This document shows positions 19,356-29,895 of a DNA stretch of 64,000 bases, piece after piece. How positions within the stretch are numbered: position 1 is the stretch's first letter; every line of letters begins with the position of its first letter. The notes beneath the pieces are model-generated. The model did not search any database, was not told the DNA's origin, and saw only the letters and a program-made list of their open reading frames with translations. The stretch covers positions 1,856,001 through 1,920,000 of the forward strand of contig CAVUDW010000002.1 of the NCBI GenBank assembly GCA_963740355.1, in the 5' to 3' direction. A program made the position numbers and the translations under genes. This stretch comes from an uncultured Gemmatimonadaceae bacterium. Lineage in GTDB: Bacteria; Gemmatimonadota; Gemmatimonadetes; Gemmatimonadales; Gemmatimonadaceae.

Positions 19356-21573
19356 CTAGCGCGTGGTGGCAGCGTCGGCCGCCCGTTGTGTCGCCGCCGC
19401 TGCCGTCTCGAGCTTTTGCGCAACGATCGCCAATTGTGTGCGCGCGCGCGCCCAGTCACCGACATCGACTCCTTCCTGCACGCCGGGTAGCGTCATCGCG
19501 GCGTAGGTGTATCGCGGCGCATACAGGACATGATGAAACCATGGGCGACCGGGGATACCGTCGGCATTCAGCAACGCCTGCTCCACCGAGCGCATCGCCT
19601 CGTTCATGGCTGCCAACCGCTGCGTTCGCGCCGGTGACGGGGCCGAGGCGAGCGTTGAAGCCAATGCCCGCTCGAGCACTGCCGCCGCGGCGGCCCACTT
19701 TGCCTTCGCAGCACGTACGGCAGTGAAGTCGAGCTGCCCCGCCACTGCCGGCTGCGCAGCCAACGCATCGATGAAGCCGCCGACACGGTTTGCGTAGATC
19801 GCGAAGTCATGCGGGTAGTGCTCGGCATTCGCCAGCCGCAATGCCATCCGTCCCCACACATCCGACATCGTCGTCATGTAGCGAAAGCCCGGATCGCCGA
19901 AGTGCTCCATCCAGTAGGCGTTGTCGTAAATCGAGTGATAGACCCCGTATGGGCCGTTGAAGCTCATCTCGACGATTGGGAGACCAAGAAAGTTGAGGAA
20001 GACGGTGTAATCCGATCCGGAGCCGAGCGCGTTTCCCGGGTAGTCGATTGGGCGTTTCGCGGCCGTTTCGTGCGTCGCGCCGCCGCCGATCGTGGCATCC
20101 TCGCGTCGGGTGGCGTTCAACGTTCGTCCCCAGGCGTCGAGCACCGAGCCGTTCGTCGCCGGGTCCTTCACATCGCGGACCACCTGCGCGACGAGCGGAT
20201 TGAGGCTCGCAATCGCACCGGCATCGAAATTCGAGCCGCTGGTCGAGCCATCCACATTCAGGTACGCGATTGCATTCTTGCGCAGGTCATCGGCGAACTG
20301 TTCTCCCCATTCCGTCGATCCGGTCAGGTGCCACTCTTCGGCGTCCCAGCTGGCGAACACGATCGTGCGCTTCGGGCGGCGACCGGCGCGTGCCTGTGCA
20401 CCCATGATACGCGCCAGTTCCATCTGCGTCGCGGTACCGCTGGATGGATCGACCGCACCGAACACCCACGCATCGCGATGATTGCCGAGGACGACGTATT
20501 TTTCCGGCTCGTCGGTACCGGTGATGCGACCTTCGACCACCCAGATCGGTCGCGTCGCACCGTCCATGTCGACTTTCACGCGCACCGTCGTCGGGCCGCT
20601 ACCGACATGGTAGGGAAAGCCGAGCGCACCTTGCCAGGCTGGCGGCGCTTCCGGGCCACCCGAGCGCCTGCAGTAGCGGCTTCGCATCCCGGTACGACAT
20701 GGGGACCATCATGATGCGCGGGATCGACAGCGCGTCACTCTCGGCGATGCGTGGTGCGCCCGGCACCGAGGCATAGCCGGGTGTGAGCGGATCTCCGGCC
20801 ACCATGAAGTCGTACGTCAGCGCGCCGCGCTGGATGTGGCTCTCCGGTCCCCACGGTCCATCAGGAAATGTCTTGCCTTTCTTGAAGCCGTCTTCCGCTG
20901 GATCCGAATAGATCAGGACAGCGGCCAGGCCGCGCTTTTCAGCCGTGATCGCCTTGAAGCCGCGATAGCTGTATGGCACCGAATAGCGCACCAGCGCGAT
21001 CTTGCCCTTCAGGCTCACCCCGTGCTGTTCCAGCCAGTCGTAGTCGGCCGGATTGCCACTCGCGGCGTACACGAGTTCTCCGGTCACGTCGCCGGAGGCG
21101 CTCATCCCGATGTAGGTGATGCCGGGATCCTTGGCGGTGTGTGGGTCCTGCGGATAGGCGTCCTCACGCAGGGTGGCTTCGTACCTGGTCGGTGCGGTCA
21201 TGGTCACCTTCACTTCGCGCGGCCAGGGTAGCAGCACGTCGTAGCGATGCAGCTGCACGTGGTCCAGGCCCCAGGCGCGATACCGTTCGGCCATCCACTC
21301 CGCGAGTTCCTTGTTGCGCACCGAGCCGGCAGGATGCGGCTCGTCGGTCAGGTGCCGGAAGTACGCGCCGGTGGAGTCGCGATTCAGGTTCCGCGACAGC
21401 TCCGCTTCGATGGCGCGTTCACTGGTCGCGGCGTCGGCTGAAAAGCCACGAAGCGAATCGCCGCTGATCGGCCCGACGGCACCCGGTCGTGGTAGCGTCG
21501 TGCAAGCCACGAACGCTGTCGCCGCGAATGCCGTCAGCGAGGGGAGGAGCAATCGGGAACGGCAGCGGTGCAT
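19356..21573 (-). pseudogene. M28 peptidase (glutamate carboxypeptidase II / PA + TFR-dimer type) split by a +1 frameshift near 20660
   Basis: The 5' ORF has a lipoprotein signal and PA domain; the 3' ORF has GNHRDAW, DPSSG, WDAEE, YHSIYD. Removing one G from CTC-GGG-T restores ...PLLQALGGPEAPPAWQG. Could be an assembly error rather than a true pseudogene. Confidence 0.8.
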
Positions 21574-21717
21574 GCGGCGGCTCCAGCGGGTGCGGGAAGA
21601 TCGGACCTGCGTGACGCTACCTCGAGTCTCGCTCGGGATGACACCGGAAATTTTAGCGACGGGCGCACGGCGCTGGCGACAGGGCCACCGCCGTTCGCTG
21701 TCCCGCGGGATGCGGCG

Positions 21718-22269
21718 CTACGCGGGCAGCCTATCCCGCGCGCCCAGCAGCGCCTCGATGGCGTCGGCGAGGTGCTCCTCGGTGATGTGATGATCGCCAC
21801 GTTCCACGCGCAGGTGGTACGCCCGCATCAGGATGTCGGCCGCGCGTAGTCCCTCGGGCGTCTCGAACTTGTAGCAGGCCAGTTCGACCTTGAGGCCGTT
21901 CGGGTCCTGTAGGTAGATCGAATCCATGAAGCCGCGGTCACGCTGGATGAACTCGATGCCGCGCTCCCGCAGTCGCTCCGGTGCCATCAGGAACGTGGCG
22001 CGCGACACGTTGAAGGCGATGTGCTCGACGCAGCCCACCTCGCGTGGCGCAGGCCGTCCGGCGTCGGTGCGGCTTTCGTTCGTGAACACGGTGATCAGCC
22101 GACCATCACCTGGATCGAAGTACAGGTGATTCTCGTCGGGCTTGCCGAGGTTCGGCTGCTCGAAAAGAAAGGGCATGCCAAGGGCACCTTGCCAGAAGTC
22201 GATCGCGCTCTGCTTGGTGGAGCCGACCAGCGTGATGTGGTGCACGCCTTGCACCTGGATCTTCTTCAC
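21718..22269 (-). CDS. VOC/glyoxalase family protein
   Basis: GVHHITL, HLYFD, EHIAFNV, SIYLQDPNGLKVEL; GTG start with GAGGAAGG RBS. Confidence 0.9.
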   Translation of the reverse strand: MKKIQVQGVHHITLVGSTKQSAIDFWQGALGMPFLFEQPNLGKPDENHLYFDPGDGRLITVFTNESRTDAGRPAPREVGCVEHIAFNVSRATFLMAPERLRERGIEFIQRDRGFMDSIYLQDPNGLKVELACYKFETPEGLRAADILMRAYHLRVERGDHHITEEHLADAIEALLGARDRLPA

Positions 22270-22468
22270 GTGCCCTTCCTCTCTGAACGTGTGTGTGCGC
22301 CCTGCAGCGCCGAAAGTCGAACACCTGCCGTACGTGGGTTCCGCGGCCTCGCCGATGGGCGGGCCCGGCGTCGCCACCCGATGCCAGCGGCTCCCTGCGA
22401 TGTCCGACGTCGGTAAAATCTGCGGACTTCCGTCTGACAGCGTCAGGGAGCGGCTGCTATCCTGAGGC

Positions 22469-24079
22469 ATGCCCGCCACCCGACTCGCCGGCCTCCCGTC
22501 ACGCGGCACGCTGCTGGGCGTGCTGCTCGCCGCCACGCTCGGTCTCGGCGGAGTCTTCGCCGTCGAGACGGTCGGCATGGCGCGGTCGCACAGCGTGAGT
22601 GTGGGGCGGTTCCTCGATGAAACAGCGCAGGCAGCCGCCCGGGAGTTCCTGTCGCGGTCCCGCGACGAGGTGGATGCCCTCGCCACCGACCTGCTCAGCG
22701 GCATCACGGGCCAGCGCGCCTCGTCCCCCTACGAGGAACTGCCGACCATCGACAACCTGCAGCGAGCGGCCGACCGGGCATTCAGTTGCGGCACCGCTGG
22801 CGTGCGCGCGTTCCGCTTTGATTTTCGCAGCCAGTCCCTCGTCACCGGCAGTCGCTCCACGCCCGAGGAACGTGCGGCGCTCGGTGCGCGCATCGCCGAG
22901 GACTACCGCGCGCGGTATCGCCCGGAATGGCGTGCGACGCTGCTTTTGGCACCCCAGCCGGCGAAGCCGGTGCTGTACGCGGTGCGTTTCGCCGAGTTCC
23001 GCGCGCCGCTGGCGGTGTTCGGGGTCGAGCTCTGTGCCGCTGCGGTGAGGAATTCGATTTTCGCCGCCGCGCTGGCCCGCGGGGGATTGCTGGCCGATGA
23101 TGCTGGCAGCGTGACGCAGGATTCGCTGGTGGCCGTCGAGGTGACGGGAGCCGGCGGCGCGGTGGTGCTCGACGCGGCACCAGTTCCCGATGCTGCTCAT
23201 CGCGCGTCGGCGACCATCGAGCGGCTCGGTGGTGTGGCAGCGACGGTGACGTTACGCCCGGCGGCGGCGCGACTGCTGGCGGTCTCGCCACCATCGTCCT
23301 CGCGCGTGGAGTGGCTGGTTGGCCTCTTCGTGCTCACCGCGCTCCTCGCATTCGTCGCGCTGCTGCAGCTGCGGCGCGAAGCGGCACTGGTCAAGCTGCG
23401 CACCGATTTCACTTCGTCGGTGTCGCATGAACTGCGTACGCCGTTGGCCCAGATCCTTCTCTTCGGCGAAACCCTTCGTCTCGGTCGTACTCGCACCGAG
23501 GACGAACGTCGCTTCGCCGTCGACACGATCGTCGAGGAAGGTCGGCGCTTGATGCATCTCGTCGACAACCTGCTCCAGTTCGATCGGACGACGCGAGGTA
23601 CCGCACCACTGGAACTGACCACGGTCGCGGTGACGGACGTGGTCAGGTCGACCTGTGAGACCTTTGCCCCGATTGCAGCCGCATCGAAGATGACCTTGCG
23701 TTGCGATGTGCCGACTGACCTTTCCGTGCGCGCCGATGCGGCCGCGTTGCGCCATGTGCTGCTCAATTTTCTCGACAATGCGGCCAAGTATGGACCGTCG
23801 CCGCAGGTCGTGCGCATCGGTGCCGAGCGATCGAACGGCATGGTGAGCATCCGTGTCGACGACGAAGGGCCGGGCGTTCCGGTGGCGGAACGTGATGCGA
23901 TCTGGCCGCCCTTTGCGAGGCTCGACCGCGATCGGAGGGGGTCGCGGCCCGGCAGTGGCATCGGACTGAGTGTCGTTCGTGACCTCGTTACCCGACAGCA
24001 CGGGCAGTGCAGGGTGGAAGGTGCTCCTGGCGGTGGCGCGCGCTTCGTGGTGGAATTGGCCAGCGCGGGGAAGGCGTGA
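22469..24079 (+). CDS. Membrane sensor histidine kinase
   Basis: Two TM helices; SVSHELRTPL (H-box), NFLDNAAKY, DEGPG, GSGIGL. Confidence 0.92.
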   Translation: MPATRLAGLPSRGTLLGVLLAATLGLGGVFAVETVGMARSHSVSVGRFLDETAQAAAREFLSRSRDEVDALATDLLSGITGQRASSPYEELPTIDNLQRAADRAFSCGTAGVRAFRFDFRSQSLVTGSRSTPEERAALGARIAEDYRARYRPEWRATLLLAPQPAKPVLYAVRFAEFRAPLAVFGVELCAAAVRNSIFAAALARGGLLADDAGSVTQDSLVAVEVTGAGGAVVLDAAPVPDAAHRASATIERLGGVAATVTLRPAAARLLAVSPPSSSRVEWLVGLFVLTALLAFVALLQLRREAALVKLRTDFTSSVSHELRTPLAQILLFGETLRLGRTRTEDERRFAVDTIVEEGRRLMHLVDNLLQFDRTTRGTAPLELTTVAVTDVVRSTCETFAPIAAASKMTLRCDVPTDLSVRADAAALRHVLLNFLDNAAKYGPSPQVVRIGAERSNGMVSIRVDDEGPGVPVAERDAIWPPFARLDRDRRGSRPGSGIGLSVVRDLVTRQHGQCRVEGAPGGGARFVVELASAGKA

Positions 24080-24768
24080 TGGCGCGCATCCTGATCATCG
24101 AGGATAGCGAAAAGCTGGCGCAGGGGCTTCGTACGAACCTCGAGTTCGACGGCCATCAGGTTCGCCTGGTGCATGACGGTGTGCGTGGCCTCGAGGCCGC
24201 GCTCGAGGGCTGGGCCGAGCTGCTCATTCTCGACCTGATGTTGCCGGGCATGGATGGCTACGCGCTGCTGCGTGCGGCGCGCGAGCGAGGACTTCGAGCC
24301 CCGGTGCTGATCCTCACGGCGTTGGGTGAGGAAGCGGAGAAAGTGCGCGGCTTTCGCTTCGGCGCCGATGACTACGTCACGAAACCGTTCGGATTGATGG
24401 AGTTACTGGCGCGGGTGGAAGCCTTGCTGCGGCGTGCGTCGCGTGGTGACGATGTGCTCAAGGAGACCTACCGCCTCGGTGGGGTGGAAGTCCAGACGTC
24501 AGCACACGTGGTGACGCGCGATGGAGCACTGGTCCAGCTGCGCCCTCGCGAGTACGACCTGCTGGTGGCGCTCTGTCGCCGCCGCGGCGAGGTCATTTCG
24601 CGGGCGGATCTGTTGAAGGATGTCTGGGGATATGGCGACGATGTCGTGACGCGCACGGTCGATACCCATGTGGCCGAGTTGCGGCGCAAGCTCGAAGTCG
24701 ACCCTGCGCTGCCGCGCTGGATCGTGACGGTGCCACGCGCGGGGTATCGGCTCGAACTGGAGCCGTGA
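24079..24768 (+). CDS. OmpR/PhoB family response regulator
   Basis: ILIIED, LDLMLPGMDG, GADDYVTKPF, TRTVDTHVAELRRKLE; TGATG coupling with the kinase. Confidence 0.95.
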   Translation: MARILIIEDSEKLAQGLRTNLEFDGHQVRLVHDGVRGLEAALEGWAELLILDLMLPGMDGYALLRAARERGLRAPVLILTALGEEAEKVRGFRFGADDYVTKPFGLMELLARVEALLRRASRGDDVLKETYRLGGVEVQTSAHVVTRDGALVQLRPREYDLLVALCRRRGEVISRADLLKDVWGYGDDVVTRTVDTHVAELRRKLEVDPALPRWIVTVPRAGYRLELEP

Positions 24769-24785
24769 ACTCGAGCCGTGCACAC

Positions 24786-24817
24786 GATCGTGACCAAGAT
24801 CGTGACCAAGATCGTGA
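24786..24817. repeat. 12-bp tandem direct repeat GATCGTGACCAA (about 2.7 copies)
   Basis: Copies start at 24786, 24798 and 24810 in the intergenic gap. Confidence 0.85.
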
Positions 24818-24904
24818 ACGCGAGCTGACGAAACGCGGACGCGGCGCGGACAGACAAGGACCCTGACAACGACGACTGTTCGGGAAACAACCCAGGACAA
24901 TCGC

Positions 24905-26350
24905 GTGTCACAGTTTTACGTCAAGCCGCTCTCGAGCCTCCAGCACGACGCCGAGCACACGCCACTGAAGCGCGCGCTCGGCCCGATGCACCTGACCACC
25001 CTCGGCATCGGCTCGATCATCGGTACCGGGATATTCGTCCTGACCGGCACCGCAGCATCACAACACGCCGGACCAGCGCTGGTACTGAGCATGATCATCG
25101 CAGCGGCAGGCTGCGTCTTCGCTGGCCTCTGCTACAGTGAACTGGCGGCCATGATCCCCGTCGCGGGCAGCGCGTATACATATGCGTATGCCACGACGGG
25201 CGAACTGTTCGCGTGGATCATCGGCTGGGACTTGATGCTCGAGTATGCCCTCAGCTGCTCGACCGTCGCGGTTGGGTGGGCGGGATACGCGACGTCGCTG
25301 CTCCGGGATCTCGGCGTTCCGATCTCGCCGCAGTTCGCCGCGGCGCCAGGTGTGATGGTGACGTTGGCGGACGGGACACTGGGCCACGGCATCGTCAACC
25401 TCCCTGCCATGCTGGTCGTGCTGCTGGTGACAGGGCTGCTGACCTTCGGCATCAAGCAGTCGGCGAATACCAACACGGTGCTGGTGGTAGTGAAGGTGCT
25501 GGTCCTGGTGGCGTTCGTGCTGGCGGGTGCCTCGTACGTGAATCGTGAAAACCTGACGCCATTCATCCCGCCAAACACCGGCGAGTTCGGCCACTTCGGT
25601 TTCAGTGGCGTGTTGCGCGGCGCTGGCGTGATGTTCTTCGCCTTCATCGGCTTTGACGCCGTCTCGACCGCAGCGCAGGAGAGTCGAAACCCGCAACGTG
25701 ACTTGCCAATCGGGATTCTGGCGTCACTGACGATCTGCACGATCATCTTCATCGCGGTGGCGATCGTGCTGATCGGCATCGTCCCGTACTCGCGGTTGAA
25801 CGTCGCTGATCCGCTGGCCGTCGGCATCGACAACACGGGGCTGGTCTGGTTGCGGCCGGTGGTGAAGATCGGTGCGGTGCTCGGCTTGTTCAGCACGATC
25901 CTCGTCCAGATGATTGGCCAGACACGGATCTTCTATTCGATGAGCCGCGACGGATTGCTGCCGGAGATCTTTGGCCGTGTGCATCCGCGCTTCCGGACGC
26001 CGCATGTGAGCACGCTGCTGACCGGATCGGTGTGCGCCCTGGTGGCCGGGCTGACACCGATCAATGTGCTCGGCGAGCTGGTGTCGATGGGAACGCTGCT
26101 GGCGTTCGTGCTCGTCTGCATCGGCATCGTGGTGCTGCGGCGGACCAACCCCACGACGCCACGTCCGTTTCGGACGCCAGGGCTGCCGTGGGTGGCCGTG
26201 GCTGGTGCTGCCATCTGCCTGTTGCAGATGCTTGCGTTGCCGCTTCCGACGTGGGAGCGACTGATCATCTGGCTCGCGATCGGGATGGCGCTCTACTTCG
26301 GGTACGCAAGGAAGAGTGCGGCACGGAAGCGGGCGGCGGCGACAGTCTGA
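24905..26350 (+). CDS. APC-family amino acid permease (cationic amino acid transporter-like)
   Basis: GIGSIIGTGIF, CYSELAAMIPVAGSAYTY, FFAFIGFDAV, MSRDGLLP; AGGA RBS before GTG. Confidence 0.92.
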   Translation: MSQFYVKPLSSLQHDAEHTPLKRALGPMHLTTLGIGSIIGTGIFVLTGTAASQHAGPALVLSMIIAAAGCVFAGLCYSELAAMIPVAGSAYTYAYATTGELFAWIIGWDLMLEYALSCSTVAVGWAGYATSLLRDLGVPISPQFAAAPGVMVTLADGTLGHGIVNLPAMLVVLLVTGLLTFGIKQSANTNTVLVVVKVLVLVAFVLAGASYVNRENLTPFIPPNTGEFGHFGFSGVLRGAGVMFFAFIGFDAVSTAAQESRNPQRDLPIGILASLTICTIIFIAVAIVLIGIVPYSRLNVADPLAVGIDNTGLVWLRPVVKIGAVLGLFSTILVQMIGQTRIFYSMSRDGLLPEIFGRVHPRFRTPHVSTLLTGSVCALVAGLTPINVLGELVSMGTLLAFVLVCIGIVVLRRTNPTTPRPFRTPGLPWVAVAGAAICLLQMLALPLPTWERLIIWLAIGMALYFGYARKSAARKRAAATV

Positions 26351-26383
26351 GCGTCCAGCTGGCGCCACAGGCCGTGGCGGATT

Positions 26384-27496
26384 TCAGAAGGCAGTGTTGA
26401 AGCCGATGTACACTCCTGAAGCGCCGTCGCGGCCGCGGCCATAGTCCGCGCGAATCGCCGTGTGCTGCCGTCGATCGAGTTCGAAACGGAGGCCACTACC
26501 GTAGCTGGGAATCCAGCCGTGCGAGAAAAGGGACTCAAGGCGGGGAGCGAGCGTACCCGCTCCACCAAATAGCACGACACCCAGGTGATGCCGTATCGGC
26601 GTCCGGTATTCACCTTGCAGTGCGATCGTGCTGCGATCTCGATATCGACCGCGCGCGTAGCCGCGCATGATGTCGCTGCTGCCGATCAGCGCCATCTGGT
26701 CGAATGGTGGAGCGCCGTCGACGCTCGTGACTTGCAGTTGGGCCGCCAGCACATGCTCACGCGCAATTGACCGGTATCCGCGAGCATCAATGCGGAGTGT
26801 GCCGAACGAGAAGTCGGACCAAACGCCGCTCGCGCTGCGCGCATAGCTCAATTGCACCCATCGGCCGCGGCGCGGCGCAAACAGGTTGTCACGCGTGTCG
26901 GTCACGGCCCCTACTGAAAGCTCGGTGATCGTGCCTCCAGTGCCGCCGATCAGTAGTTGGGGATCAGTGGTACCGCCGGAGTCGAAGGTTATTTGCTGAT
27001 CGACGTGCCGAACCGAACCTGTGGCATACCACGAGGCCCGGACGCGCTGCTGGACGCTGACCGTCGCCTCGAACCCACGAGGCGTAAAGCGATCCTTCTC
27101 CGCCACCGCAGAGGTGGACCCAATGCCGAAATACGGTAGCGGGAATTTCTGCCATTGAAGGCTGCCGGCCACACGCCGTTCATTGCCACGCGACCAGTGC
27201 TCAGCGTCCAGCTTCACTCGTGTCTGCTGCTTTGCGGTCCGGAGGGCCGACGCGGTGAGCGAGGAGGGTCGTGTCTCCAGAATCGCCGCTGGCTCCCAGA
27301 CGGCCAATACAGTCGCCCCATACTGCAGCCCCGTCTCCGGGGCCGATGCGATGGCCGGTAATGGCTGCACTCGGCGCCGGCTAATTGAATCGGCCCTTGT
27401 CTGCGCGCGCGCTGTTGCCGGGACAGCGTGGCAGCAGAGAATTGCCAGGAGCACGCTGATGCGCGTCTGCTGCGCCGTGGATCGCTGCCGAATCAT
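26384..27496 (-). CDS. Omp85/BamA-TamA family beta-barrel, no obvious POTRA domains
   Basis: Signal peptide, PETG motif, DTRDNLFAP, MRGY loop-6 motif, C-terminal Phe; ATGA overlap with the upstream gene. Confidence 0.8.
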   Translation of the reverse strand: MIRQRSTAQQTRISVLLAILCCHAVPATARAQTRADSISRRRVQPLPAIASAPETGLQYGATVLAVWEPAAILETRPSSLTASALRTAKQQTRVKLDAEHWSRGNERRVAGSLQWQKFPLPYFGIGSTSAVAEKDRFTPRGFEATVSVQQRVRASWYATGSVRHVDQQITFDSGGTTDPQLLIGGTGGTITELSVGAVTDTRDNLFAPRRGRWVQLSYARSASGVWSDFSFGTLRIDARGYRSIAREHVLAAQLQVTSVDGAPPFDQMALIGSSDIMRGYARGRYRDRSTIALQGEYRTPIRHHLGVVLFGGAGTLAPRLESLFSHGWIPSYGSGLRFELDRRQHTAIRADYGRGRDGASGVYIGFNTAF

Positions 27497-28167
27497 GGGC
27501 GCTTCCAGAAGCCTGGAACGCCGTTGCGACGCACGACCCATGAAGGAATCACCAGCATTCGACTGGTATTCAGGCCGAGCACCGATCGATCGTAGTAGAC
27601 ACCGATTTCTGGCCCAAAGCTGCTGTTGCGATCTCCGAACAGGTGCCCGAAGACCAGCCCAACCACCGGATCGTCTTGCCGTGCAGACGGGGAGAGTGGA
27701 GCAACCTGAATGGCGCGCAGTGCACCATAGGATTGACCGGCTGACGTCCACTTGCCGGAGGTGATCAAGGTCGCCTCGAAGCCGGCATGTTCACCCGCGT
27801 TGATCAGTCCCCCGCCGAGCATCAGAGCAGTCCGGGACCTGTTCTCCGGCGTGGCGGACGTGTCGGCGCGGGTCAGCTGCCGCTTCCACGTGAGCATGAA
27901 GCCGCTCCAGGTCGCGATGCGGAAACCAAGGTCCGTGCGATCGTCGATGCCGAAGCGAATATCGGTGTCGACCGAGGGCCGCCGCGTCGGCTGCGTGCCC
28001 GACATGTCCTTGATCGTTCCGGGAACGAGATTGATTATCGAACTGGTAGCCTGTTCGTTCGGAGCAGTCGTTTCTGCTCCCATACCGACCGAATACGAAA
28101 TGCACCCTGTCAGGAGCGACAGGGGTGCAGCAATCATGATGACGCTTTTGAAGGCGCAATGAGACAC
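27493..28167 (-). CDS. Hypothetical lipoprotein with beta-barrel-like strands
   Basis: Lipobox LTGC; DIRFGIDDRTDLGFR; GGAG RBS. Start approximate. Confidence 0.7.
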   Translation of the reverse strand: MSHCAFKSVIMIAAPLSLLTGCISYSVGMGAETTAPNEQATSSIINLVPGTIKDMSGTQPTRRPSVDTDIRFGIDDRTDLGFRIATWSGFMLTWKRQLTRADTSATPENRSRTALMLGGGLINAGEHAGFEATLITSGKWTSAGQSYGALRAIQVAPLSPSARQDDPVVGLVFGHLFGDRNSSFGPEIGVYYDRSVLGLNTSRMLVIPSWVVRRNGVPGFWKRP

Positions 28168-28396
28168 GGGACGCTTCTCCGGAGTGAGAGGGAAACTTCA
28201 CCTCCTCCAGAGTCGGACATTCGTGGCCGGCGCGGCATACGTCAGATGACGTAGTCGGTGGGTGAATGTGGCGTAGGCAGGCGCTGGTCGCGGCCCGTGC
28301 TTTACGTTGCGTCCGACCGGCGGCATCCGCCGACCGTGTGGCAACACAAGGCAAACCCGACGCGCGACCAGCCGCGTTCTTTACAGGAGCAGACCA

Positions 28397-29017
28397 ATGG
28401 AACTCACGGACATCCTCGGCCAGATGGGCGGCCTGTCGGCGATCGCGCGCGAACTGGGCATCAGCGAAGCGCAGGCGATGAGCGGTGCGGCAGCGCTAGC
28501 GCCGGCGATCCTCGGTGGCTTCAAGAAGCAGGCGCAGGCCCAGCCTGCCGGCCTCGAGGGTCTGGGCGGCTTGTTGAGCCAGCTGGGCGGTGGTGGCTTG
28601 CTCGACTCCGTGCTATCCCCGGCACCGACCGACGTGAACGCCGGCAACAATGTGCTCGGCCAGATTTTCGGCTCCAAGGATGTCAGCCGCACCGTGGCAC
28701 AGAACGCTTCGACACAGTCGGGACTGAGCGCCGATCTGCTGAAGAAGATGCTGCCGATGCTGGCGATGCTGGTGGCCGGCTACATGGCCAAGAACCATGG
28801 AGGTAACGGCGCGACGCAGAGCGACGCTCCGCAGTCGGGAGAGACTGGTGGAGGGTTGGGTGGACTGCTGGGTGGTCTGCTCGGCGGATTGACCGGTGGC
28901 GGCAGCGGCGCGCAAGCCTCCGGCCACTCCGGCGGCTTGGCGTCCATGCTCGACATGAATGGCGACGGCAATGCGCTGGATGATGTGATGCGCATGGCTG
29001 GGAAGGCAATGCGGTAG
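28397..29017 (+). CDS. DUF937 family protein, Gly-rich, with EF-hand-like C-terminus
   Basis: AGGAG RBS; AIARELGISE, GNNVLGQIFG, KKMLPMLA, LDMNGDGNALDD. Confidence 0.85.
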   Translation: MELTDILGQMGGLSAIARELGISEAQAMSGAAALAPAILGGFKKQAQAQPAGLEGLGGLLSQLGGGGLLDSVLSPAPTDVNAGNNVLGQIFGSKDVSRTVAQNASTQSGLSADLLKKMLPMLAMLVAGYMAKNHGGNGATQSDAPQSGETGGGLGGLLGGLLGGLTGGGSGAQASGHSGGLASMLDMNGDGNALDDVMRMAGKAMR

Positions 29018-29091
29018 TGATGCCGAGTGCGGCCGTGAGCGACGCAGTGTCGCTCGCGGCCGTGACTTGGCACGCACGCGAACGGGCGTCC

Positions 29092-29886
29092 TCAGATGAG
29101 CGACGCGCTCGAGCAGAGTCGATCAGGTCGCGCCTTCGTGCTCATGTCGTTTGCGATACGCCCGGGCGCTGCGTTCGTGAGCGGCGTCGACGGCCCTGAT
29201 CCAGACTTCAGCGTCGGCACCGGTGCCGCTTCCGGCATCGATGCCACGGTGCGTGTCAGCAAGTAGTGCGCGGCGAAGTCCATGTCGACGTCGGATCCTG
29301 CTGCCGATCCGTCCATGTCCGACGCGGACAGATTTTCGATTCCAATCGAAATCAGGTCGGGCTGTGCTGCATCGCCGGTCAACCGGATTGTTTGTGGCGA
29401 CGGGCCAGTGATTTCGACTGTGACGCTCGTCCGATTGCAGTCCGCCGACCACGATGTGGCGTAGGCGAGAAGCAGGCCCGTCTCACGATCGAAGGTAGCT
29501 GGACCAGTCAGCGGAAACGCTGCAGGCGAGCGCACTCCGGGCGGCAGCAGTACTCGGGCTGCGACCTGGTGCGGGAATTGAGAGAGCGGATCCCGATGCG
29601 TGGCTGGCGATCCGTGCTCGGCCTTCAATGCAATCGTGAACGGCTGCGGGAGTATGGCGGAAGGGACCCCCGAGCCAATGGACCGCAGATCCAGCGTGTG
29701 GCCCCGGAGGGGAATTCGGGCCACGCCACCGGTCATCTGGTAGAGAAACGTTGGCTCGTGTGCTTCGATCGGATCCTTCCCGTGAAGCCTGGCCCAGTTT
29801 TCCGCGGCAGGAAACAAGATTTCCCAGTGGTTGCCGCGATCAATCCACAGTCCCAACCCTTGATGCACCAGCATCACGATGCCCAT
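29092..29886 (-). CDS. Hypothetical protein immediately downstream of the CHAT protease
   Basis: 264-aa ORF starting 9 nt after the CHAT stop with a GAGGGTG RBS; no family recognised. Confidence 0.7.
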   Translation of the reverse strand: MGIVMLVHQGLGLWIDRGNHWEILFPAAENWARLHGKDPIEAHEPTFLYQMTGGVARIPLRGHTLDLRSIGSGVPSAILPQPFTIALKAEHGSPATHRDPLSQFPHQVAARVLLPPGVRSPAAFPLTGPATFDRETGLLLAYATSWSADCNRTSVTVEITGPSPQTIRLTGDAAQPDLISIGIENLSASDMDGSAAGSDVDMDFAAHYLLTRTVASMPEAAPVPTLKSGSGPSTPLTNAAPGRIANDMSTKARPDRLCSSASLI

Positions 29887-29895
29887 GGCTCACCC

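Noticed and set aside
29092..29886. Calling the CHAT partner a gasdermin
   Set aside because: Size and context fit, but there is no N-terminal Cys or recognisable gasdermin motif; left as unknown.
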